A stretch of DNA of 63,876 nucleotides, the filler included, from Candidatus Tectimicrobiota bacterium (GTDB taxonomy: Bacteria > JACPSX01): NCBI GenBank assembly GCA_016193065.1. It is 6 parts of 6 records of this genome, joined end to end, with 100 filler letters (N's around TTAATTAATTAA, not from the genome) between each part and the next. Parts side by side here need not be neighbours in the genome. Positions count along the whole stretch, not along the records: positions 30,170 to 59,165 come from JACPSX010000045.1; 5 more parts are not named here. One strand, given 5' to 3'. Under the pieces are notes generated by a model. It did no database searches and had not been told where the DNA came from. It was given only the letters and a program-made list of their open reading frames with translations. The position numbers and the translations under genes were made by a program. This document shows positions 42,224-52,173 of the stretch, one piece after another (positions within the stretch are counted from its first letter, which is position 1; the number at the start of each line of letters is the position of its first letter).

Positions 42224-43345
42224 ATGAGTCTCAAAGCCAGGGATCGGGTTTCGCAAGCCGAGCTGCAAAGGCGAAGCCGGGAAGTCGCGGGAAGAATCGC
42301 AGAACAGGAACTGGACGCTCTCCTCGTGTCGGGGATCAACTTCTCGGCCACCTTGGGGTATCTCCGCTACCTGACCAACTGGGCCCAGCCCTTCGTGGGG
42401 GAATACTTCCTTCTCAGCAAATCCGGAGAAGGCGTCTTCCTGGCCAGGACCCAGGAGCGCGCGGCTCTGGTCCGAGAGATCTCCGGCCTCGATTCGCTGA
42501 CGGGTGCCACTCCCGGGGCGGTCGCTCAGGCAATCCGCAAGATCCAGGCCCGCCGGGTGGGGGTCTGCAGCCTGGGAACCATGACCGCCGCGTTTTACCA
42601 AGGGCTCACGAGAGAAGCCGCCGAGGTGGAGTTTGTCGACGCCACGGCGATCATGGATCAGGTGCGCATGGTGAAGTCCGCCGAGGAGATCGACCGGGTG
42701 CGGAAGTCCGCCGAGCTGGGCGACCTGGCCTTCGCCCGCTTCAAGGAGCTGGCGGCACCGGGGGCCGGGGAGCACGAGATCTTCACGGAACTCGACTATC
42801 TGGTTCGAAAGCACGGCGCTGAAAGCACCTACTTCATGATGGCCACGGATCCCGCCCCGGTTCCGAAATTTCTCGATCTGGCCTCCGAGACGTACCGTCC
42901 CGGAGACGTGATTCTGTTCAACGCGGAAATCGCGGGCCCCGGGGGGTACTACACCCAGGTGGTGCGCAGCGGCTCCGTCGGGAAAGCCTCCGAGGAGACC
43001 CGCTCCGTCTTTGCAGTCTGCCGGGAGGCTCTGGAAGCCGGGCAGCCGATGTTGAAGCCCGGCGTTTCGATGCGGCAGGTGTTCCACGCCGTGGACGGAG
43101 TCATACGGCACAGCAAGTACAAAAGGGGATTACACATCGGCCATGCCCAAGGACTGGACATCTACGAGAAACCCCTGGTGGATGAAAATGACGAGACCGT
43201 CCTGAAACCAGGTATGGTGATGGTGCTCCATCCCCACGTCGAGCTGCCCGCCGGCGGCGGCGTGTGGGTGGGCGAGACTTTCTTAATCACAGCCGACGGA
43301 AGCGTGCGCTTGCATGCTTCCAGACGGGAGCTGTTTGAGGTTTGA
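42224..43345 (+). CDS. M24 (Xaa-Pro peptidase/creatinase fold) protein with non-canonical site
   Basis: Creatinase N domain, RMVKSAEEI, GHAQGL, LKPGMV.VLHP. Confidence 0.85.
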   Translation: MSLKARDRVSQAELQRRSREVAGRIAEQELDALLVSGINFSATLGYLRYLTNWAQPFVGEYFLLSKSGEGVFLARTQERAALVREISGLDSLTGATPGAVAQAIRKIQARRVGVCSLGTMTAAFYQGLTREAAEVEFVDATAIMDQVRMVKSAEEIDRVRKSAELGDLAFARFKELAAPGAGEHEIFTELDYLVRKHGAESTYFMMATDPAPVPKFLDLASETYRPGDVILFNAEIAGPGGYYTQVVRSGSVGKASEETRSVFAVCREALEAGQPMLKPGVSMRQVFHAVDGVIRHSKYKRGLHIGHAQGLDIYEKPLVDENDETVLKPGMVMVLHPHVELPAGGGVWVGETFLITADGSVRLHASRRELFEV

Positions 43346-43396
43346 TCGGGTGACCGGAAAGTCGTCCGCTTCATGCAAGCCGGGAAGGGAGAAGAC

Positions 43397-44430
43397 ATGA
43401 AGACATCGCAGTGGACCCGGACGGGAATGAAAAGGCTTGGCCTTCTGGCGTTTGTCCCGTGCCTCTCGGTTTTCCTGGGAACCTTGCCGCTCGCCAACGG
43501 CGTGGAAGCCCAGGGGAAAGGGACCGGCACTCTCTCCATTGCCACAGACCGCATCGGCACCACCTTCAACGCCTTCGGCAGCGGCATAGCGAAAGTCGTG
43601 AGCCAGTACTCCCCCATGACGATCGTCGTGCGCCCCTTTTCCGGCCCCGATGCCTGGCTGGCGGCGCTGAATCAGGGGGAAATGAATCTGGGTGCCGTAT
43701 CTTCCCCCAGTACCTGGCTGGCGTACCATGCCAAGGCCGCATACAAGGAGCCCCTGACCAACCTCCGCTTGTTGCGCTCCGGGGAGGGGAGCCTTCTCTT
43801 GAGTTTCGTGGTGCCGGCCAAATCCAATATCCGATCCGTAAAAGACCTCAAGGGAAAAAGGGTCTCCTCCAGTTTCGGCGGGCATGCGACCATTGTTCCG
43901 CAGATCACTTCAGCCCTGGAAGCGGCCGGCCTCAAATGGTCCGATGTCGTCCCAATTCCAGTGGTGTCGGCGGCCGATGCCGTACAGGCTCTCATGGAAG
44001 GAAGGCTTGACGCCTCCTGGGCATCGTTCGGGATGCCGCAGGTGCGGCAAGCGGATGCCCGAATCGGGGTCCGCTATATCCCCCTGGAATCTTCCCCCCA
44101 GGCTCTAGAGGTCTACAGGCGGATCGCTTTCCCGGACCTGCAAATAAGAACGGTAAAGGCTGGTTCCGCCCCGGGAGTGCTGGAAGATACAGCCATGATG
44201 ACCCCCGACTCCTATCTGATCGCCAACGCCAAGGTGAGCGACGAGGCGGTCCGCACCGTCCTCTCCACATTATGGGATCATGAAAAGGATCTGACCGTGA
44301 TCCATCCGGGCTTGAAAAACTTCACGAACCGCCGTCCATCCCCTACCACCCCGAGGCGGTCCGGTTTTACAAGGAGAAGGGGCTCTGGAATTCAAAGGCC
44401 GAGGCGGCCCAGAAGAAGCTGCTCCCCTAG
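43397..44430 (+). CDS. TAXI solute-binding protein 2, frameshifted near 44331
   Basis: Close paralog of 44508-45548; the true tail PSIPYHPEAVRFYKEKG..* is in a shifted frame ending TAG 44430. Confidence 0.88.
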
Positions 44431-44507
44431 CCCGACGCGATGGAAAGGGCCGGAAGGAGGCGGCGTGTGGGTCGGTAGAACCCTACTTCAAATGGGAGGA
44501 GAAAACA

Positions 44508-45548
44508 ATGAAAAGGTCTCAGTGGTACAGAGCAGGCGGCGGAAGGTTGATCGTGTCGGTTTTTGCGCTGTGCCTCGCGGTCTTCCTGGGAATCTTTGCG
44601 CTCGCCGGCGGCGTGGAGGCCCAAGGGAAAGGGGGCGGCTCCCTGACCATCGCCACGGACCGCATCGGTACCACCTTCAACGCCATGGGCAGCGGCATGG
44701 CCAAGGTCGTGAGCCAGTTTTCCCCCATGACGATCATCGTGCGCCCCTTTTCCGGGCCCGACGCCTGGCTTCCCGCACTGAATCAGGGGGAGTTGAATCT
44801 GGGAGCCGTGTCCGCTTTCAGTTCCTGGCAGGCGTATCAGGCCAAGGCCGAGTACAAACAACCTCTGCCCAACCTCCGCCTGCTGCGCTCCGGGGAAGGG
44901 AGCCTGATGTTGGGTTTCGTGGTGCCGGCCAAATCCAATCTCCGCTCCGTAAAAGACCTCAAGGGGAAACGGGTGTCGGCCGGGTGGGGTGGTCATACGG
45001 CCATCATTTCCTCGGTCACCTCGGCCCTGGAAGCCGCGGGTTTGAAGTGGTCCGATGTCGTGGAAGTTCCCGTGGTGGGAGCGGCCGACGGCGTGCAGGC
45101 CCTCATGGAAGGGAGACTGGACGCTTCCTGGGCATCCTTCGGGATGCCGCAGGTGAGGCAAGCGGACGCCCGGATCGGGGTCCGCTACATCCCCCTGGAA
45201 TCCTCTCCGCAGGCGCTGGAGATTTACCGGCGGGTGGCTTTCCCGGGCGCAATGTTGAAGACGGCGAAAGCCGGCTCCGCGCCCGGAGCGGTGGCGGATA
45301 CCCCCATGCTGACGTATGACTCCTATTTGATCGCCAACGCCAAAGTGAGCGATGAGGCGGTGCGCTCCGTCCTCACGACCTTGTGGGAGCATGAGAAGGA
45401 CCTGACCGTGATCCATCCGGGCCTCAGGGGGTTTGTCAACAGTGCAGCGGTCACGGAGTTTCCGGTCATCCCCTACCACCCGGAGGCGATCCGGTTTTAC
45501 AAGGAGAAAGGGGCCTGGACTCCGAAAGCCGAGGCTATCCAGAAGTAG
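44508..45548 (+). CDS. TAXI solute-binding protein 3
   Basis: Signal peptide, DLKGKRV, EGRLDA, PYHPEAIRFYKEKG. Confidence 0.92.
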   Translation: MKRSQWYRAGGGRLIVSVFALCLAVFLGIFALAGGVEAQGKGGGSLTIATDRIGTTFNAMGSGMAKVVSQFSPMTIIVRPFSGPDAWLPALNQGELNLGAVSAFSSWQAYQAKAEYKQPLPNLRLLRSGEGSLMLGFVVPAKSNLRSVKDLKGKRVSAGWGGHTAIISSVTSALEAAGLKWSDVVEVPVVGAADGVQALMEGRLDASWASFGMPQVRQADARIGVRYIPLESSPQALEIYRRVAFPGAMLKTAKAGSAPGAVADTPMLTYDSYLIANAKVSDEAVRSVLTTLWEHEKDLTVIHPGLRGFVNSAAVTEFPVIPYHPEAIRFYKEKGAWTPKAEAIQK

Positions 45549-45584
45549 CTGCCGCGCTGGAAGGTCACGGACAGTCGGGAGAAA

Positions 45585-46007
45585 TTGATGTCGGACAAAC
45601 AACTCATGTCGGGCGCGGATCGGGTTCTCTTTATCAACGAAGAGGACTGGACACGATCCGTGCTGAAGGCCGGTCGCTGCGGCCAGTGCGGGAACTTGGA
45701 TTTTCCCAGGGGCCTTTACTGCAAGGGCTGTCTGAGTTCGGACCTCAGAGAAATCGAGTTGAGCCGCTGGGGGGGCCTCTACTCGTTTTCCCATGCCCGT
45801 GTTTGCGCCAGGGGATTTGCGCCCCCCTATGTCTTCGGCTACATCGATCTTCCGGAGGGGATCCGGGTCTACAGCCAGTTGGAGCCCGCCGATCCCGCCT
45901 GCTTCCGCTCCGGCATGGAGGTGGAGCTCACGATGGGGGAAATCCGCCGCGAGGAGGACGGTACCGCCATCTGGGGGTATAAATTCCGCCCCCGGGATCG
46001 AGGATGA
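45585..46007 (+). CDS. DUF35 Zn-ribbon/OB-fold protein
   Basis: CGQCG..FP..YCKGC, PY..GYIDLPEG, GMEV, YKFRP. Confidence 0.92.
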   Translation: MMSDKQLMSGADRVLFINEEDWTRSVLKAGRCGQCGNLDFPRGLYCKGCLSSDLREIELSRWGGLYSFSHARVCARGFAPPYVFGYIDLPEGIRVYSQLEPADPACFRSGMEVELTMGEIRREEDGTAIWGYKFRPRDRG

Positions 46008-46008
46008 G

Positions 46009-47148
46009 ATGGAGAAGGTAGGGATCGTCGGGGTGGGAATGCACCGCTTTGGGAAGTTCCCCAACCTCACCTTGACCGAGATGGGAGTCGAGGCCTGCGT
46101 GCAGGCCCTGCGCGACAGTGGCCTGGACAAGAGGAGGATCGGCGCTTGTGTGGTCGGGAACGTGGGAGGCGGCATGGTCCCGGGGCAGAAGGTCCTGGCC
46201 GAATTGGGACTGGCGGGGATCCCTCTGATCAACGTGGAAAACGCCTGCGCGAGCGCCGGCACGGCTCTCCATGTGGCGTGGTCCTTTGTCGCTTCGGGGC
46301 GCTACGAGGCGGCTCTGGCGCTCGGGCTGGAGCAGATGTCTCGCACCATTGAAGGGACCATCCCTCTGGGAGGCGATTCGCTGGAACTGCAGATGGGGAT
46401 GATGATGCCGGGGAAATTTGCCCTGGTGGCCCGCAAGCACATGGAGCTGTACAGAACCTCTCTGCAACAACTGGCGGCGGTCTCCGTGAAGAACCACCGC
46501 CACGGAGCGCTGAATCCCCTGGCCCAGTACCGTAAGGAGTTCACCGTCGAGGAAGTCCTGAGCTCGCCGCTCATCGCCGATCCTCTGACCCTGCTGCAGT
46601 GCTCTCCCACGGGGGACGGCGCCGCGGCGGTCGTACTCTGCAGCGCGCGGGAGGCCGCCAGGGCATCTCAGCCGATCGTCTGGATCGAGGCCTCGGTGCT
46701 CACGAGCGGCACCTACGAGGTCGGTCCCAGGGACATGACCAGCTACGATCAGACCCGGCGGGCGGCGGCAGCGGCGTACGAGGCCGCCGGGTGCGGCCCG
46801 GAAGAAATCGATGTGGTCGAGGTCCATGACGGATTTACGATTTCCGAGATCATCCACAGCGAGGACCTGGGGTTCTTTCCAAAAGGGGAAGGGGGACCTG
46901 CCGCAGAGTCAGGTGCAACGGCGATCGGCGGCAGGATCCCGATCAATCCAAGCGGCGGACTCCTGGCGCGGGGCCACCCCATCGGGGCGACGGGGCTGGC
47001 TCAGATCGCCGAGCTGGTCTGGCAGCTCCGCGGCCAGGCGGGAAGCCGGCAGGTGGATGGTGCGAAGGTAGGGCTGGCTCACTGCATGGGAGGCCTGGTC
47101 CAGGGGCTCGACGCGGCGGCCTGCACCGTCCACATCCTGAAGTGCTGA
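46009..47148 (+). CDS. Thiolase family protein (SCP-x/Ltp type)
   Basis: NVENACAS, KNH.HG.LNP, DGAAAV, EVHDGF, NPSGGL..GHPIGATG, HCMGG. Confidence 0.93.
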   Translation: MEKVGIVGVGMHRFGKFPNLTLTEMGVEACVQALRDSGLDKRRIGACVVGNVGGGMVPGQKVLAELGLAGIPLINVENACASAGTALHVAWSFVASGRYEAALALGLEQMSRTIEGTIPLGGDSLELQMGMMMPGKFALVARKHMELYRTSLQQLAAVSVKNHRHGALNPLAQYRKEFTVEEVLSSPLIADPLTLLQCSPTGDGAAAVVLCSAREAARASQPIVWIEASVLTSGTYEVGPRDMTSYDQTRRAAAAAYEAAGCGPEEIDVVEVHDGFTISEIIHSEDLGFFPKGEGGPAAESGATAIGGRIPINPSGGLLARGHPIGATGLAQIAELVWQLRGQAGSRQVDGAKVGLAHCMGGLVQGLDAAACTVHILKC

Positions 47149-47169
47149 AGAGGGATATTGGGGTGACAA

Positions 47170-48786
47170 ATGGTAGTGGGTGACGTGATTGATGGAAATG
47201 CCCGGCGCTGCCCGGATCGGGTGGCCTGGACCTTCCAAGGAACCCCCTGGACCTGGTCGACGGCAAACGAACGCGTCAACCGCCTGGCCGATAGCCTCCT
47301 GAGCTTTGGACTTGCCCACGAGGATCGGGTCGCGTTCCTGTCTCATAACTCCCATCGCCTGGCTGAAGTGTATTTCGCCCTGGCCAAAGCCGGTCTCATC
47401 GCCGTGCCCATCAACGCCAAATCCGTGAGCCGCGAAATCGCCTTTATCTTGCAGGACGTGGAAGCCCGCGCTCTTCTTGTGTCCAAGGAGTTTGTGCCCC
47501 GGCTCGGTCCCATCGAATCGGATCTGAAGAGACTGCGCTGCGTGATCGGCCTGGACGAAGGCCACGGCTTGCCGGTTGATTACGAGGACCTCCTTTCGTC
47601 GGCCTCGCCGTCTCCGCCGTCCTCCGCGGTTCACGAGGATTCGATCCGGGCGATCAAATATACGAGCGGCACGACGGGATTTCCCAAGGGTTCCATCAGC
47701 ACCCACAAGCAGTTTCTCTTTAACATCACCAACTATCTACTCCACTTGCCATTTACCCCCGAGGACCGCTGTTTGCTCGCCTTGCCGATGCCGGCTGGAG
47801 TCGGTGCCCAGTTGTTGGCCGCCTATGCCTACAGGGCATGCCAAACGTTCATCCTCGAGAAATTCGATCCAGCCCAAGTCCTCGATGCGATCGAGAGGGA
47901 GCGGATCACCCGAATCTACCTGGTACCCACCATGATCGCGGCCCTCGTAAACGAGATGATCTCCCGCCCCAGGGACCTCTCTTCCGTGCGGCTTATGGGC
48001 TACGGCGGGTCGCCGGCCCCTATGGCTTTGATTCGCAAAGCCATGGAGGTTTTAGGGTGCCCGTTTTATCAGAGCTTCGGCGCCTCCGAAACCGGGGGAT
48101 TCATCTGCTATTTCACCCCCGAGGATCACCAGCACAAGCTCGGCTCCGGCTGCGAACCGGCTGACTTTCGGGGAAAGCAGGTGACCCCGTGCGGCCGCGA
48201 GGCCCAGGGGTTTCACATCCGAATCGTGAACTCCGAGGGGAATCCCTTACGGGCCGGGGAAGTTGGAGAGATGGTCGTCCGAGGGGATTCTCTCATGTCG
48301 GGCTACTGGAGGCGTCCCCAGGAGACTCGGGAGGTTCTCAGGGACGGCTGGCTGTTCACGGGCGATATGGCAAAGATCGACGCGGAAGGATACATCCACA
48401 TCGTCGATCGCAAGCGGGACATGATCATCTCGGGAGGTTTAAACGTTTACTCCGCCGAGGTTGAGTCCGTAATCCAGGAACATCCGGCGGTTTCCGAAGT
48501 CGCCGTCGTGGGAGTTCCCGACCCCTATTGGGGAGAGGCGGTGCGCGCCTTTGTCGTACGAAAGAAGGGAGAAACCTGCTCGGCAGAGGAACTGCTCCGA
48601 TTCTGCGCTGATAATCTGGCAAGCTACAAACGTCCCCAATCCATCGTTTTCTTGGAAGCGCTACCGAAAACGAGTTCGGGAAAGGTGCTCAAAGTTCAAC
48701 TGCGCAGCGAGAACTGGGGGGAAAAGCTCTCGCCCGATGCGCCCCATGACCTTTCGCTAAATCCACCCGCTGGAGGATCGCTATGA
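47170..48786 (+). CDS. Acyl/aryl-CoA ligase (AMP-forming)
   Basis: YTSGTTGFPKG, FGASET, GWLFTGD, DRKRDMIISGG, PKTSSGK. Confidence 0.95.
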   Translation: MVVGDVIDGNARRCPDRVAWTFQGTPWTWSTANERVNRLADSLLSFGLAHEDRVAFLSHNSHRLAEVYFALAKAGLIAVPINAKSVSREIAFILQDVEARALLVSKEFVPRLGPIESDLKRLRCVIGLDEGHGLPVDYEDLLSSASPSPPSSAVHEDSIRAIKYTSGTTGFPKGSISTHKQFLFNITNYLLHLPFTPEDRCLLALPMPAGVGAQLLAAYAYRACQTFILEKFDPAQVLDAIERERITRIYLVPTMIAALVNEMISRPRDLSSVRLMGYGGSPAPMALIRKAMEVLGCPFYQSFGASETGGFICYFTPEDHQHKLGSGCEPADFRGKQVTPCGREAQGFHIRIVNSEGNPLRAGEVGEMVVRGDSLMSGYWRRPQETREVLRDGWLFTGDMAKIDAEGYIHIVDRKRDMIISGGLNVYSAEVESVIQEHPAVSEVAVVGVPDPYWGEAVRAFVVRKKGETCSAEELLRFCADNLASYKRPQSIVFLEALPKTSSGKVLKVQLRSENWGEKLSPDAPHDLSLNPPAGGSL

Positions 48787-50390
48787 CAACTTACTACAGA
48801 GACTTGAGGGAATATCTGGAGGTTCTCAAAAAAAACGGCAAGCTGGTGACAATCGAGCGCCCCATGAACAAGGACACGGAGATGCATCCACTGGTGCGTC
48901 TCCAGTTCCGGGGTTTGCCCGAAAAAGACCGGAAAGCGTTTCTGTTTACTCACGTGACGGATTCTACGGGGAAACGGTATGACGTTCCCGTCGTCGTCGG
49001 CTGCATGGCCGCCTCCAGAGAGATCTATGCACACGGGATGAACTGCGAGCTCGATGAGGTCCCCGCTCGATGGCACCAGGCCTTGGTCCATCCGATTCCG
49101 CCGGTTCTCGTCGACAAAGGACCCATTCAGGAGGTGATTCTCAAAGGCTCAGATCTGGATGCTGCGAGCGGCATTTCCTTCATTCCAGTCCCCATCTCGA
49201 CCCCCGGCTTTGACAACGCTCCTTACCTGACCGCCGCCCATTGGATCACCAAAGACCCCGTCACGGGCATCCGCAACGTGGGCAACTACCGGGGGATGGT
49301 CAAATCTCCCACGCGCCTGGGATGCTTTCCCGGTGCGAAAACCCAGGGGGTGGCAATTCACTGGAGACAGTGCAAAGAGATGGGAAAACCCTTGGAGGCG
49401 GCCATCGCTCTGGGTGTGACCCCGAACATCTCTTACTGTGCAGTCACACGAATCCCTCACGGCAGGGATGAGCTTGAAGTCGCGGGAGGAATCGCCGGGA
49501 GCCCGGTCGAACTGGTCAAATGCCAGACGGTGGATCTGGAGGTGCCGGCTCACTCGGAAATCGTCATTGAGGGAATAATCCCCACGGACTCAGGGGAAAT
49601 CGAGGGTCCTTTCGGGGAATTCACCGGGTTCATGGGGCCCAGGGGAGTTTCCCTGTACTTCAATGTGACCTGCATCACGATGCGCTCCGCCCCCATTTAC
49701 CAGGCTTTCCTCAGCCAGTTCCCCCCCAGTGAGAGCAGCAAAATCCGGCAGATGGGCCGGGAGCACGTGCTCAAGAAAACGCTCTCTGTGGACTGTGAGA
49801 TCCCGGGTGTCCTCGATGTGGCCCTCCTCGAACCCACGGGCACTTACGGATTCGTCGTGGTTCGGGTCTCCCGGCGCAGTCCAGAGGAAGGGGAAAGACT
49901 CAAGAAGGCTGTGAAAAGCATCATGAAAACCTGGCCAGCAAAGACCTTTGTTCTGGTCGATGAGGATATCGATCCCCGGGATGCAGACTCGGTGAACTGG
50001 GCCATGAGCTTCCGCATGCAGCCCCATAGGGACATGGAGATTTTTGCCTCAGAGTCCCCGACCACGCTCGATTGTTCCATCAGCCCGCACACCGATATGC
50101 GCACCGAATCAGCCCTGGGTAAGGAGACGATGGCCTCCGTGCTCCTGATCGATGCCCGCGCCAAGTGGGATTACCCTCCCGTATCTTTGCCGAAGAAAGA
50201 GTTCATGGAGCGGGCGCTCCAGATCTGGAACGAGGAGGGTCTGCCCGCTTTGAACAACTTGAAGGCCCCGTGGTTTGGATACTCCATGGGCTATTGGACG
50301 GAAGAGGACGCACAGGAGGCGGATCTGGCCGTGCAGAGCCGGTACTTTGAGACCGGGAAAAAGTTCGAGGCACGCCGGGAAAAGCTCTGA
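48783..50390 (+). CDS. UbiD family (de)carboxylase 2 (long form)
   Basis: DLREYL, RNVGNYR, EVPAHSEIVIEG, EGPFGEFTG, VDEDIDP. Confidence 0.92.
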   Translation: MTTYYRDLREYLEVLKKNGKLVTIERPMNKDTEMHPLVRLQFRGLPEKDRKAFLFTHVTDSTGKRYDVPVVVGCMAASREIYAHGMNCELDEVPARWHQALVHPIPPVLVDKGPIQEVILKGSDLDAASGISFIPVPISTPGFDNAPYLTAAHWITKDPVTGIRNVGNYRGMVKSPTRLGCFPGAKTQGVAIHWRQCKEMGKPLEAAIALGVTPNISYCAVTRIPHGRDELEVAGGIAGSPVELVKCQTVDLEVPAHSEIVIEGIIPTDSGEIEGPFGEFTGFMGPRGVSLYFNVTCITMRSAPIYQAFLSQFPPSESSKIRQMGREHVLKKTLSVDCEIPGVLDVALLEPTGTYGFVVVRVSRRSPEEGERLKKAVKSIMKTWPAKTFVLVDEDIDPRDADSVNWAMSFRMQPHRDMEIFASESPTTLDCSISPHTDMRTESALGKETMASVLLIDARAKWDYPPVSLPKKEFMERALQIWNEEGLPALNNLKAPWFGYSMGYWTEEDAQEADLAVQSRYFETGKKFEARREKL

Positions 50391-50396
50391 GCTTCT

Positions 50397-51305
50397 GTGA
50401 ATCAGCACGAAAGGAGGACTCCCCAGGTGGAGAGACGACCGAAAGTGAAAAGCCTGGAAGAAGCCGTGCAGGTTGTGAAAGACGGCACCACACTAGCTAT
50501 GACTGCCACCCACTACAACAGCGTCCCCATGGCAGCCATCCGCCAGATCGTGCGGCAGGGGAGCAAAAAGCTCACCGTCATCCCGACGCCCAGCGCGGGC
50601 CTCGCCATCGACCTGCTGATCGCCGCCGGGTTGCTGGAGATCTGCTACGTTTCCTACGTCGGGCTGGAATTTCTGGGACTGGCTCCGAATTTCAGGAAAG
50701 CAGTCGAATCTCACAGCCTCAAGATTTTCGATGTGGATGAACCTACGATTATCATGGGATTCAAGGCCGCGGCCGCGGGCATCCCCTTCATGCCCCTGCC
50801 TCCCTATTACCGGCTCACGGACTTTCCGCGAGTGAACCCCTATTATCGGGAGATTACCGACCCCTTCACGGGAAAGGCCGCCTACGCGGTGCCGCCTCTG
50901 TGCCCCGATGTGGCCATCATCCATGTGCAACAATGCGACCCGTTCGGAAACGCGCGGCAACTGGGCGGAAATCATACGGAGAGCCTCATCGCAAAAGCCG
51001 CCAATCACGTGATCGTTACCACGGAAGAAGTCATTCCCCTGGAAGACACCATGTCCGACCCACTGCGCACGACGATCCCGGGAATCCTCGTTAACTCGGT
51101 GGTAAAGCTCCCCTACGGCGCTCACCCGGGTGCCTGCCCCGCCCGCTATAACTACGACGAGGAGCACCTGAAGCGCTATGCCACCCTGGCCAAGGAAGGA
51201 AGGACCGCGGAATACATCGAGGAGTTCGTCTTCGCACGCAAGGATCATTCCGAGTATCTGGAGAAGATCGGCGCCGGACGCCTGCGGGAGCTACAAATTT
51301 CCTGA
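50397..51305 (+). CDS. Class I CoA-transferase-like subunit A (GctA/IpdA type)
   Basis: SLEEAV, PDVAIIHVQ..D.FGN, VIVTTEE, PYGAHP; start may be GTG 50427. Confidence 0.88.
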   Translation: MNQHERRTPQVERRPKVKSLEEAVQVVKDGTTLAMTATHYNSVPMAAIRQIVRQGSKKLTVIPTPSAGLAIDLLIAAGLLEICYVSYVGLEFLGLAPNFRKAVESHSLKIFDVDEPTIIMGFKAAAAGIPFMPLPPYYRLTDFPRVNPYYREITDPFTGKAAYAVPPLCPDVAIIHVQQCDPFGNARQLGGNHTESLIAKAANHVIVTTEEVIPLEDTMSDPLRTTIPGILVNSVVKLPYGAHPGACPARYNYDEEHLKRYATLAKEGRTAEYIEEFVFARKDHSEYLEKIGAGRLRELQIS

Positions 51306-51349
51306 CCGCCGATCCGGAGAACCCGACCCGGCAAGATTCAGGAGGGAGA

Positions 51350-52150
51350 ATGTCCAAAGAATCAGCAACGCCCGGCTACTCAAGCGCTGAACTCATGGCC
51401 GTTGTCCTGGCCCGCGAAATGAGGGACGGAGAGCTAGGAGGCCTAGGGGCTGCTTCTCAGATTCCGATGGCCGCCGTGAAACTCGCAAAGCTGACCCATG
51501 CGCCGAACCTTTCCTGGATCTGCGGCGGCAGCGGAGCTATCGATTCGAAGCTCCCGAGACTCCTCCAATCCGCTGCGGACTATCGCAATTTATTTGGCGC
51601 GGAGTACCGCACCAGCATGGAAGACGTCGTTGACCTGGAAATGCGCGGACGCGTCCACTTCGCCTTCCTGGGGGGCATGCAGGTGGACCAGTTCGGGAAC
51701 CTGAACATGGTCTGCATCGGCGATTACCACAAACCGGCCGTCAGGGGGCCCGGAACGGTGGGCCTGATCTTCACGGCTGCGTTTGGGAGAATTTATATCT
51801 ACCTCCACCATCACAGTCCCCAGATCCTGGTGGAAAAGGTGGACTTCATCAGCGGGCCGGGATTCTACGACGGCTCGAAGATGCGCGATGAGTTCGTCAA
51901 CAAGAACGCCCGTGGACCCTGCATGGTGCTGACCCCTCTGTCGATCTTCGACTTTGAGGAGACCTCCCGGAAGATGCGGTTGTGCTCCGTGCATCCGGGC
52001 CGCACCGTGGAACAGGTCCTGGCCCAGACCGGGTTTCGCCCCTTGCTGAGAGACCCGGTGACTGAGACTCAGCCCCCAACCGAGGAGGAACTCGGACTTC
52101 TGAGGACCCAGGTGGATCCGGAGGGAGTACTGCGCCGGCTCATCCCGTAG
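51350..52150 (+). CDS. Class I CoA-transferase-like subunit B (GctB/IpdB type)
   Basis: ELMAV, LTHAPNL, FLGGMQVDQFGNLN, VEKVDF, SVHPG, DPEG. Confidence 0.88.
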   Translation: MSKESATPGYSSAELMAVVLAREMRDGELGGLGAASQIPMAAVKLAKLTHAPNLSWICGGSGAIDSKLPRLLQSAADYRNLFGAEYRTSMEDVVDLEMRGRVHFAFLGGMQVDQFGNLNMVCIGDYHKPAVRGPGTVGLIFTAAFGRIYIYLHHHSPQILVEKVDFISGPGFYDGSKMRDEFVNKNARGPCMVLTPLSIFDFEETSRKMRLCSVHPGRTVEQVLAQTGFRPLLRDPVTETQPPTEEELGLLRTQVDPEGVLRRLIP

Positions 52151-52173
52151 CCGCGTGTTAGCACTCTTTTGCC

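Noticed and set aside
43373-45319. 648-aa fused TAXI ORF
   Set aside because: Produced by the frameshift near 44331; the downstream half is out-of-frame read-through over the next gene
45546-45548. TAG aligned with a Lys codon of the paralog, suggesting recoding
   Set aside because: Only about three residues from the normal end; no pyl genes or other in-frame ambers seen
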